This document shows positions 1 to 7,612 of a stretch of 64,000 nucleotides of DNA, one piece after another. Under the pieces are notes generated by a model, which saw nothing but the letters and a program-made list of their open reading frames with translations, had not been told where the DNA came from and did no database searches. A program made the position numbers and the translations under genes. The DNA comes from Minisyncoccia bacterium. GTDB taxonomy: Bacteria; Patescibacteriota; Minisyncoccia; Phycocordibacterales; Phycocordibacteraceae. Position 1 is the stretch's first letter. Each line of letters opens with the position of its first letter. Where the stretch lies: positions 22,473-86,472 of the forward strand of contig JBEKII010000001.1 in NCBI GenBank assembly GCA_050011835.1. Reading direction: 5' to 3'.

Positions 1-461
1 TTTTTCAATAATCTTTTAGCACTCTGCAATCTGCTACTCATCATTGAAAGCCATTTGCTATGGCGATAGCTGTCGTTGCTATCAACATAATTGTTGTTAT
101 ACTTCCAATCTTTTGCGCCAGTGTTATAGGGCGGGTCAATATAAATGACATCTATTTTGCCTTCGTGCGTGTAATTCAAAACCGAGAGAGCGTGATAGTT
201 GTCTCCCTCAATAAGTATATTGATTGGCTTTCCCGCGCTGGTTTTAACTTCTTTTGTTTTATCTTCAATAAGAACGGGCAAATTTTCTTTGCACCACCTA
301 ACTACTTTTTCGGGTTCTTTTTCACTATCCCAAACAAGCCCATATTTCTTGCGCTTGCGAAGACGCTTGATTTCTTCAACGAGCTGGTTTTTATCCCAGT
401 CGCTATATTTTTGATTGCCCGTTTGGACGGACGATTGTAATGGTAATGATTTTTCAGACAT
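1..461 (-). CDS. DNA methyltransferase, N-terminal part (N6-adenine/N4-cytosine, Type III Mod-like). The 3' end lies beyond the window's left edge.
   Basis: Manual minus-strand translation from the ATG at 461 gives MSEKSLPLQ...YGLVWDSEKEPE...NILIEGDNYHALSVL...IDVIYIDPPYNTG..HSKWLSMM. This contains the D/NPPY catalytic motif and the canonical N-terminal layout of PF01555-type Mod methylases. The ORF stays open to position 1. Confidence 0.7.
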   Translation of the reverse strand, partial: MSEKSLPLQSSVQTGNQKYSDWDKNQLVEEIKRLRKRKKYGLVWDSEKEPEKVVRWCKENLPVLIEDKTKEVKTSAGKPINILIEGDNYHALSVLNYTHEGKIDVIYIDPPYNTGAKDWKYNNNYVDSNDSYRHSKWLSMMSSRLQSAKRLLK

Positions 462-800
462 AGATGTACGCTATGTCTGGCAGGCACTCTTTTTTGTAAG
501 AAATGCAAAAAGGGGACAGCCAGATGGTACATCCACGTCCTCGTTAGCACAGGGGTTCCGATTAGTGGCACCTGACTGCCCCCTTTTCACCCGCTAATCG
601 GATAAAAATAAGGCGTGTCCTGCACTACCAAGGACTAGCGTGGATGTACAAGAGCTATGGTAGCAGACACTGGCGCGGGTTGGAAATCAGAGATTTTGCC
701 ACACGATTAGAACCAGTGTAAAAAGAGTATTTTTGGGTTGCAAATCGTGTCTTTTTATGGTAAATTATTAGCAACATTATATGACAATTACCCTACAACA

Positions 801-2963
801 ATGGACTTATTTCAGAGTTTTTCATCAAAAGAAAATCTAAAAAAGGCATTTGCATATCTCAAAGACGAGGCAGATGAAAGTTCGTTGTCTTTAGACCCGA
901 TATGGAGACCATCAATAAGTGCCGTGGCACAGCTTGGAGATGAGTTTTTTGAAGCACTCCAAGATTATCTCCGACAGGACAAATATCAGCCCGACAAAGC
1001 TGATTTTGTTTATGCCGATAAAGACAATATGGGAGTTCGTCCAATCTGTGTTTTTTCTGTAGTGGATAGGATAGTTTTTCAGGCACTTTTAAATCCGTGG
1101 ATTTTGGGAAACATAATAGATAAAAAATTATACCGTTCGTGCTTGGGCAATAGAGTGCTTGGAAAGGAGAAATATCTCAAGCCATATAAAAAACAATGGA
1201 TTGAATTTTGCGATAAACAAGTTGAAGCATTTAACAAAAAACTTATCTGGCGTGTTGAATTTGATATACGAACCTATTATGAGGACATCCATATTGATAC
1301 CTTACTTAAAGTTCTTAAAGAGGATTTTCAAATACACGATGAACGGCTACTTACAATACTTAAAAATCAGTTAGAAGCGTGGTCAGAAAAACCTACTGGA
1401 TGCGGTATTCCGCAGGGAGCAAATGCCTCTCACCTTTTAGCTAATGCCTATCTCTATAAACTAGATACTTTTTTTGATGACCTGAAAAGCGGTGGCGACT
1501 TTGAGTATTTTCGCTATGTTGATGACATAGTAGTAATGGCAAAAAGTGCCGATAAAATAAATCATAGTGTTGCAAAAGCAGGTTTGTCTTTTCGGGAATT
1601 CAATTTAACATTCAACGATAAGACAAAAATAGGGAAACTTAAAAACACAAAGAGCATTGAAGAATTGAAGTTTTATAGTCCTTATGGACAACTCAATGAA
1701 ACATCTCAACAAAGAGTAGAAAAAATAAGCAAAAGAATACCAATAATTTTAAGAAAAATCGCTAGAGGAAGCGATGTTAAAAAAACGGATATAAGCGGAC
1801 TTAAATACTATTTAAAAGCTGAAGCTGGTCTTGGTAATTCAGAGGTACTTGATAATTTAATTGCATTAATACCGAAGAAACCATCTTTAATTTTCTTGAT
1901 TTCTCGGTATTTAAGTTTCTATCTTTCTGACATCAACATTGTTTTTAACAAGGCAGACAAAAAACTTATACGCTCAAAATATGAGAAAATTTGGAAAACA
2001 TATAACGGCAATTCGCTTACAGGATGGACTAAATTCTGGCTCTTGAAAGTTCTCTCTACTCCTTCATTTGCGAAAGACCACGAGGGTTTTCAATCAGAAC
2101 TCAATAGAATAATCGCAGACCCCGATACCAATTTTTTAAGACCATTGGCATTTTTTTATAAAGCATATACGCGAGCGCAAATAGACCCCCTTATGCCTTT
2201 AGGTTTTACCTCGGATGATATTAAGAGACACATCAGAAATGCGAAGACGCAAACAGAAAAAGCAATTTATTATTACTTTTCTGTTTACTTAAGCGGCGTT
2301 GAGGAAAATGAAATAATAAAAGAATTAGTTTACGAAGCACTACAATCAAAATCACCAGAAATTCAAACAATGGGATTATTTTTGATTAAAAATCTATACC
2401 ATTTATTTGAACCAACTCCCGCCGTAGTAGATAACAGGGGTGTTGTAACAAAATGGAATGTAAATTCGGAACGAGAAATAACTGGAGAATTGAGTAGGAT
2501 TTATTTCAAGTTCCCACCGCCCGTAAAACCAAAGGCGGAACGAGAAACAGCAACCGAAGACGATTACCTCACTTTTGAGGGCAAAATTGCAAAGGATAAA
2601 TTTGCCTCGTTTATAGGTATGTCAAAACCTCGTAAAGAAGCAAAGTATTCAAAAATTATTGCAAATAAACTCAAATATTATCCAGAAAGTGGAGACACTG
2701 AATATAAAACTGCTGTATGGCAATTCAAGGGCAAAGCCCGCGCATTTTTAACGATACTTCACGGAAATAAGAATATGAATTTTAATATTGAGGATATTAA
2801 AAAGTATTGCAATCCACTTGTTATCATACAAAGACATAAATTTAGAGACGAAAAAGACACAAATGACACCTTACGAGAAATTCGTTTTAGATTAAAAGCG
2901 AGTAAAGGCGAATTATTCCCGATTTTTAAGCAAGAAAGGGGCTGGATATGGCTTGAAAAGTAG
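801..2963 (+). CDS. Reverse transcriptase with a long (~440 aa) alpha-helical C-terminal extension. It resembles Abi/UG-class defense RTs (AbiA/AbiK-like architecture).
   Basis: RT motifs: NLKKAFAYL (motif 0-like), RPICVFSVVDRIVFQALL (motifs 1/2), GIPQGANASHLLANAYL (QGxxxS motif), YFRYVDDIVVMA (YVDD catalytic motif). The track ORF starts at 738; the ATG at 801 fits better behind a TTGCAA-N17-TAAATT promoter (~726-754). An intrinsic terminator follows at 3028-3057. Confidence 0.75.
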   Translation: MDLFQSFSSKENLKKAFAYLKDEADESSLSLDPIWRPSISAVAQLGDEFFEALQDYLRQDKYQPDKADFVYADKDNMGVRPICVFSVVDRIVFQALLNPWILGNIIDKKLYRSCLGNRVLGKEKYLKPYKKQWIEFCDKQVEAFNKKLIWRVEFDIRTYYEDIHIDTLLKVLKEDFQIHDERLLTILKNQLEAWSEKPTGCGIPQGANASHLLANAYLYKLDTFFDDLKSGGDFEYFRYVDDIVVMAKSADKINHSVAKAGLSFREFNLTFNDKTKIGKLKNTKSIEELKFYSPYGQLNETSQQRVEKISKRIPIILRKIARGSDVKKTDISGLKYYLKAEAGLGNSEVLDNLIALIPKKPSLIFLISRYLSFYLSDINIVFNKADKKLIRSKYEKIWKTYNGNSLTGWTKFWLLKVLSTPSFAKDHEGFQSELNRIIADPDTNFLRPLAFFYKAYTRAQIDPLMPLGFTSDDIKRHIRNAKTQTEKAIYYYFSVYLSGVEENEIIKELVYEALQSKSPEIQTMGLFLIKNLYHLFEPTPAVVDNRGVVTKWNVNSEREITGELSRIYFKFPPPVKPKAERETATEDDYLTFEGKIAKDKFASFIGMSKPRKEAKYSKIIANKLKYYPESGDTEYKTAVWQFKGKARAFLTILHGNKNMNFNIEDIKKYCNPLVIIQRHKFRDEKDTNDTLREIRFRLKASKGELFPIFKQERGWIWLEK

Positions 2964-3027
2964 TAAATAAAAAATTCACTTTTCTCACCTGCGTATCCGA
3001 CACAGGGCGGTAAAAGATAAGGTCAAA

Positions 3028-3057
3028 GCAGATTGCGCTTTGGCTTTTTTTGTTTGC
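3028..3057 (+). terminator. Rho-independent terminator after the RT gene
   Basis: Hairpin caaagc-agattgc-gctttg followed by gcttttttt. Confidence 0.5.
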
Positions 3058-3101
3058 CAGAGCCGCAAGGTCGTTTTAACCAATTAACTAACAAAATTAT
3101 A

Positions 3102-3401
3102 ATGACAAGAAAATTACAAAAAAGTAGTCAGCCAGAGGAATACACCTATATCCCTCTGGACGATACAGCGAATTATTTTTACTCGCACGACATTGGATTG
3201 TGCAGTTATTTGTTAGCCAAAAACTTTGAGTTGGTCGGCTTGGATAAAGCAATCAGAAACAAGGTGCTTTTCATTCTGAAAAGAGACGAAGGAATAGAAG
3301 CGGAAGTGAAGAAATACTGGGACTTCAAATCTTCAGTAGATGCTCAAACATACTTCAACCAGATTAAGCGGTGTAAAAACCAAATCTTCAGTTCGCAATA
3401 A
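3102..3401 (+). CDS. Small phage/mobile-element-associated protein (DUF5659-like pattern)
   Basis: YFYSHDIGLCSYLLAKNFELVGLDKAIRNKVLFILKRDEGIEAEVKKYW...QIKRCKNQIF. This matches the pattern [YF]xSxDLxLAsyLxxKGxELVxIxK..KxVFxF typical of small phage proteins. The family assignment is from memory. Confidence 0.4.
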   Translation: MTRKLQKSSQPEEYTYIPLDDTANYFYSHDIGLCSYLLAKNFELVGLDKAIRNKVLFILKRDEGIEAEVKKYWDFKSSVDAQTYFNQIKRCKNQIFSSQ

Positions 3402-3405
3402 ATCT

Positions 3406-3603
3406 ATGTTGTCGGATGAGCAGATAACAAAATATCAGACGCTTCACAAAAACCGCTTCGGCAATGAAATCAGCCGAGAGGAAGCGTATGAAAAAGGCGC
3501 GAAACTCATCCGACTTGTTGAGTTGATTTACAAACCGATGACCGAAAACGAGTACCAAAAATTACAGGAACGCCGCCGAGAAACTGGCGACCTGAAAACC
3601 TAA
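3406..3603 (+). CDS. Hypothetical small protein (66 aa)
   Basis: ORF starting MLSDEQITKYQTLHKNRFGNEISREEAYEKGAKLIRL, packed tightly behind the previous gene. No recognisable domain. Confidence 0.35.
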   Translation: MLSDEQITKYQTLHKNRFGNEISREEAYEKGAKLIRLVELIYKPMTENEYQKLQERRRETGDLKT

Positions 3604-3627
3604 CAAAACCTAACATTACAAAACTAT

Positions 3628-3894
3628 ATGAAATCTCTTGAAAGACGATTTAACAACATAGCCGAGAAAAATCCCAATCGGAGTTCTTATATCTGTTTTG
3701 CCGAAGCTGTGAAAGGGCAAGGTTTTAGCGAGCAAATAATTCACCGATGGTTTAACAAATTAGTTGATAAAGATGATTATGCAAAGAAAGAGAAAAAAGC
3801 AGTTTTGAAGTTTCTCGTTGGTCTTTCAAACCCCGTGAGGACAACAGGAAATGAGAGTAAATCAGCCCCACGAAGCAGACAAAATGCCAAATGA
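3628..3894 (+). CDS. Hypothetical small protein (88 aa)
   Basis: ORF in the same orientation within the element. No recognisable motif. Confidence 0.35.
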   Translation: MKSLERRFNNIAEKNPNRSSYICFAEAVKGQGFSEQIIHRWFNKLVDKDDYAKKEKKAVLKFLVGLSNPVRTTGNESKSAPRSRQNAK

Positions 3895-3948
3895 TACATA
3901 ACAGTCCTATGTAACAAAAATCTATAAAATTAACCAACATTATCCAAT

Positions 3949-6189
3949 ATGGAAACATTACAAACTATTAACATTAAAGAATATCTGACCAGAAAAGGCG
4001 TTACCTTTCGTGAGAGCGGTAAAGAAATCATCACCCAATGTCTCTTTAACGGCTGTGATAAAGACAGCAGGGGCGCGGAAGCCCATCTCTATTTTGACGC
4101 CGAGACGGGGCAATTTGAGTGCAAAAAATGTGGCGAGAAAGGCAATCTCGTAACCCTCGCCAAGCATTTTGGAGATGGCATACAAGAGATTGCCCTTAAC
4201 CCCGTAATACCCACGAGAAATCCACGAAAATCCACGAAATTTGACGCGGGGCTAGTAGAAACCTGCCATCAGGCACTTCCAGCCAATATCCGCCAATATC
4301 TCAACGCTAGAGGCATTACAGACGCTGTTATAGACGCCCACAAGCTCGGCTGGGGCAAGTTCTATGGCAAATGGTGGATTACCATACCAATACAAGATAT
4401 TTATAGGGCTTTTCAGTTTTTCAAGTTGAGGAGAGACCCCAATGCGGGAGATGAAAAAACTACTTATCCCAGAGGCATTGAAGCCCAGATTTACGGCTGG
4501 GAAACCTTAACAAATCTTAACAATTCACTCCTCATCTGCGAGGGCGAGCTGGACAGATTGGCTTTGCTTTCAAAAAACATACCCGCAATTACTTCAACGC
4601 ACGGGGCGATGACATTCAAGCAGGAGTGGTGCGGAAAGGTAGGAAAAGGTAGGAAAATCTATATCTGTTTTGACAATGATGAAGCGGGCAGGAAAGGAGC
4701 AGAGCGGGCGGCAAAAATGTTGGAAAATGTTGGAAATGAGACATACATAATCACGCTACCGCAGGAAGTTGGCGAAGGTGGCGACATAACCGATTACCTC
4801 GTGAAGCTCAACGGCAACCCCGATGACTTGTTTGGTAAATATGCAAAAGAGTATCCAGAAAAAATGGATACCTCGCAATTCCAGCCACTCTCTCCGCAGG
4901 ATTTGATTGAGATACTTGGATTGACGATAAAACAGGACGAGGAGAATAAAATCGCAACCTTCCTATGTGAGCTATCGGCATATACCGAAAACGCACAATT
5001 CAACATCAGCTATAACGCCCCATCATCCACTGGCAAAAGTTACATCCCTTTGGAGATTTCAAATCTATTTCCAAGTGAAGATGTAATGAAACTTGGTAAC
5101 TGCTCTCCCACGGCTTTTTTTCACGAGCAGGGCGAGTACAACAAAGACAAAAACATCATAACCGTAGACCTGTCCAGAAAAATCATTATCTTTTTAGACC
5201 AACCACACACCGCTCTCTTGGAGCGATTGCGGTCATTGTTGTCGCACGATGAAAAAGAAATGCACTCCAAAATTACCGACAAAAATCAGAAGGGCGGAAA
5301 CCGAACTAAAACGGTAATTATAAAAGGTTTCCCCTCGGTAATTTTCTGCACGGCAGGGCTGACGATTAACGAGCAGGAAGCCACCCGATTTTTACTGTTA
5401 AGCCCAGAAGTCAATCGGGAGAAAATCAGGCAAGGGATTTTGGAGAGTATTAAAAAAGAAGCAGACGCCGAGAACTATAGAAGTTGGCTTGATGAGAACC
5501 CAGAGCGAAATCTACTCAAGGAGAGAATACGAGCAATAAAACTAGAGGGCATCCGAGAAATTAAAATTGCGAACCATCAAATAGTCATTGATAAATTCTT
5601 TAGTGAAAACAAAGTACCTAAACCAAGAAATCAGCGAGACATTAAACGCCTTGCCTCGCTCATCAAATCTTTTGCCCTCGTTAATCTCTGGTGGCGAGAG
5701 AAAAGCGGCACAACAATTACCGCCAACGAAGATGATATTGAACAGGCATTTAAGATTTGGAATGCTATCTCTGTAAGCCAAGAACATAACCTGCCGCCCT
5801 ATATCTACAATCTCTACCAAGAAGTCATCTTAACGGCGTGGAATGACAAGAACGACAACAGGAATGAGAGCATTGTAGCGGTAACGGGATTGCTCGGCGT
5901 ATCACGCCAAGAATTGCTCCAGAAGCATTTTGAGGTCTATGGGCGAATGTTGGACACCAACCAGCTACGACAACAAATCCTGCCAATGCTTGAGACGGCG
6001 GGGTTAATTGAGCAGGAGGCAGACCCTAACGATAAACGAAAAATGCTGATTTTCCCTGCCGCACTTCCCACTAAACCTTCTGACCAGAGGAATAGCGAGA
6101 ACGAGGGTGTGGTGAGTATCAGTGAAGAAAACAATAGTGAAATGAGCAGTGGGGTAACTCAAGATTTAGAAAGTTTCCTGACGCCATAA
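3949..6189 (+). CDS. Primase-helicase-type replication initiator: DnaG-like CHC2 zinc finger + TOPRIM primase domain fused to a C-terminal P-loop NTPase (P4 alpha / PICI Pri-Rep-like).
   Basis: Zinc finger CLFNGC...FECKKCGEKG. TOPRIM signatures LLICEGELDRLAL and YICFDNDEAGRKGAERAA. Walker A YNAPSSTGKS. Walker B-like IIIFLDQ. Long helical C-terminus. Confidence 0.7.
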   Translation: METLQTINIKEYLTRKGVTFRESGKEIITQCLFNGCDKDSRGAEAHLYFDAETGQFECKKCGEKGNLVTLAKHFGDGIQEIALNPVIPTRNPRKSTKFDAGLVETCHQALPANIRQYLNARGITDAVIDAHKLGWGKFYGKWWITIPIQDIYRAFQFFKLRRDPNAGDEKTTYPRGIEAQIYGWETLTNLNNSLLICEGELDRLALLSKNIPAITSTHGAMTFKQEWCGKVGKGRKIYICFDNDEAGRKGAERAAKMLENVGNETYIITLPQEVGEGGDITDYLVKLNGNPDDLFGKYAKEYPEKMDTSQFQPLSPQDLIEILGLTIKQDEENKIATFLCELSAYTENAQFNISYNAPSSTGKSYIPLEISNLFPSEDVMKLGNCSPTAFFHEQGEYNKDKNIITVDLSRKIIIFLDQPHTALLERLRSLLSHDEKEMHSKITDKNQKGGNRTKTVIIKGFPSVIFCTAGLTINEQEATRFLLLSPEVNREKIRQGILESIKKEADAENYRSWLDENPERNLLKERIRAIKLEGIREIKIANHQIVIDKFFSENKVPKPRNQRDIKRLASLIKSFALVNLWWREKSGTTITANEDDIEQAFKIWNAISVSQEHNLPPYIYNLYQEVILTAWNDKNDNRNESIVAVTGLLGVSRQELLQKHFEVYGRMLDTNQLRQQILPMLETAGLIEQEADPNDKRKMLIFPAALPTKPSDQRNSENEGVVSISEENNSEMSSGVTQDLESFLTP

Positions 6190-6240
6190 AAAGGGTCATC
6201 GCTAACTGATAAACAGTATAAAAACAGTAATAACAAAACT

Positions 6241-6786
6241 ATGAACGAAATATCAAAAAAACAATTAGAGGCAAATCGTGAGAACGCAAAGCTCGGCGGC
6301 GTAAAGACCGATGAGGGTAAAGCTGTAAGTAAATATAATGCTCTCAAACACGGAATTTTGAGCAAAGAGGTGTTACTTGAAGGAGAGGATGAAAAAACAC
6401 TTATTGAAATCGGGAAAAAACTACGAGCAGAATTAGAGCCGCAAACAGAGCTTGAATTAGTGTTGGTTGATAGGATAACTGCCAATGTTTGGAGATTAAG
6501 ACGGGTAATGCAGATAGAACGAGAAATGATTGAAGATGACCGCAAAGACAGTTTCAGTAAAGGTGGATTGAAGACACTTGGAGAGGCGTTTAGTTATGAC
6601 TCTGCCAATTACGATACTTACAGTAAACTTATTCGTTACGAAGCAAGCATTGAACGCGGTATCTATAAAGCATTGCACGAACTACAACGACTGCAGGCGG
6701 TGAGGAATGGTGAAAATGTGCCAGTGCCAGTAGTTGTAGATATGGATATATCTGGTGAGAAAATAAATGGGTTCGTTTCGCAATAA
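6241..6786 (+). CDS. Hypothetical protein of the mobile element (181 aa)
   Basis: ORF with segment ELELVLVDRITANVWRLRR. Function unknown. Confidence 0.4.
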   Translation: MNEISKKQLEANRENAKLGGVKTDEGKAVSKYNALKHGILSKEVLLEGEDEKTLIEIGKKLRAELEPQTELELVLVDRITANVWRLRRVMQIEREMIEDDRKDSFSKGGLKTLGEAFSYDSANYDTYSKLIRYEASIERGIYKALHELQRLQAVRNGENVPVPVVVDMDISGEKINGFVSQ

Positions 6787-6841
6787 TAACTTGATTAAAC
6801 TGGTTAATCTCAAATAATTTCGGCAATAGAAAAAATAAAAT

Positions 6842-7456
6842 ATGCGCGGCGGATGGAACTCTACAGGTAAAACAGAAGCGGACAGCGTAAAGAAAATATC
6901 TGTACGCTTTCTCAATGAGCGCGGCTTTTTCTCTGGATGGCAATCTGGAACGATGACTTGGACGAGCGGACGGTCGGGAACGAAAAGTAGTGTCAGTATT
7001 GAGGTCTCAACGATGAACGAGGAGAAGTATCTTCGTATCTACTATACGCAAACAAACCGTGATACGGACGAGGAAAAGGACTTTGACTACAAAATCCCTC
7101 TGCTCTCCACTCCGTGTCGCTATGGCGGTAAAAGGTATTGGTTTCAGTGTCCGTGGTACAAAAACGGGCAATACTGCGGACGCAGAGTAGGTACTTTATA
7201 CAAAAATGGCGATTACTTCGCGTGCCGCCACTGCTACAATCTCACCTATGCAAGCCGCAATGCGAGTGCTCGGTACAAAGGGTTCGTAAGCTGTCCAGAC
7301 CTTGATGAACAGGAAGCGAAGGTGAAGCGGATGTATTACGCTGGAAAGCCAACTAGAAAATACCGAAAACTACTGAAAATGGAGAGGCGTTTTGAAATGG
7401 GCGTTATCCGAGCCGCAGGTGGATTAGGCATACTTGGCAAGAAATATGGTGTATAA
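6842..7456 (+). CDS. Hypothetical zinc-ribbon protein (204 aa)
   Basis: Cys cluster CRYGGKRYWFQCPWYKNGQYCGRRVG...FACRHCYNLTY. Function unknown. Confidence 0.4.
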   Translation: MRGGWNSTGKTEADSVKKISVRFLNERGFFSGWQSGTMTWTSGRSGTKSSVSIEVSTMNEEKYLRIYYTQTNRDTDEEKDFDYKIPLLSTPCRYGGKRYWFQCPWYKNGQYCGRRVGTLYKNGDYFACRHCYNLTYASRNASARYKGFVSCPDLDEQEAKVKRMYYAGKPTRKYRKLLKMERRFEMGVIRAAGGLGILGKKYGV

Positions 7457-7612
7457 TGAACTTGTTGAACCGATGAAAGCAAATATGCGCAAGGTATTTT
7501 TATTGCAAAAAGGTAAGATAGTAGCCCGAGAGGGGCGGTCTGCCGCTATCTTGCCAATCCTTGCGATTGCTCGTAGTCGGTTCAACACAGACCGTCCCTT
7601 TCGGGTTTTTGT

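Noticed and set aside
60-440. Plus-strand 126-aa ORF at the window start
   Set aside because: Hydrophobic, low-complexity translation lying antisense to a convincing DPPY methyltransferase reading frame on the minus strand.
738-800. RT start at 738 as given in the ORF track
   Set aside because: A sigma70-like promoter (TTGCAA-N17-TAAATT) overlaps 726-754. The ATG at 801 begins at the conserved NLKKAFAYL segment, so the upstream 21 codons are probably not translated.
801-2963. Group II intron, retron or DGR identity for the RT
   Set aside because: No maturase (X) or HNH domain and no intron RNA domains V/VI. It is too long for a retron or DGR RT. Motif 4 is QGxxxS rather than the DGR-type variant, and no Avd or TR/VR pair is nearby.
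3949-6189. OLD-family (ATPase + TOPRIM) nuclease interpretation of the TOPRIM protein
   Set aside because: The domain order is zinc finger, then TOPRIM, then P-loop (primase-helicase order). A DnaG-type CHC2 zinc finger is present and there is no ABC ATPase N-terminus.
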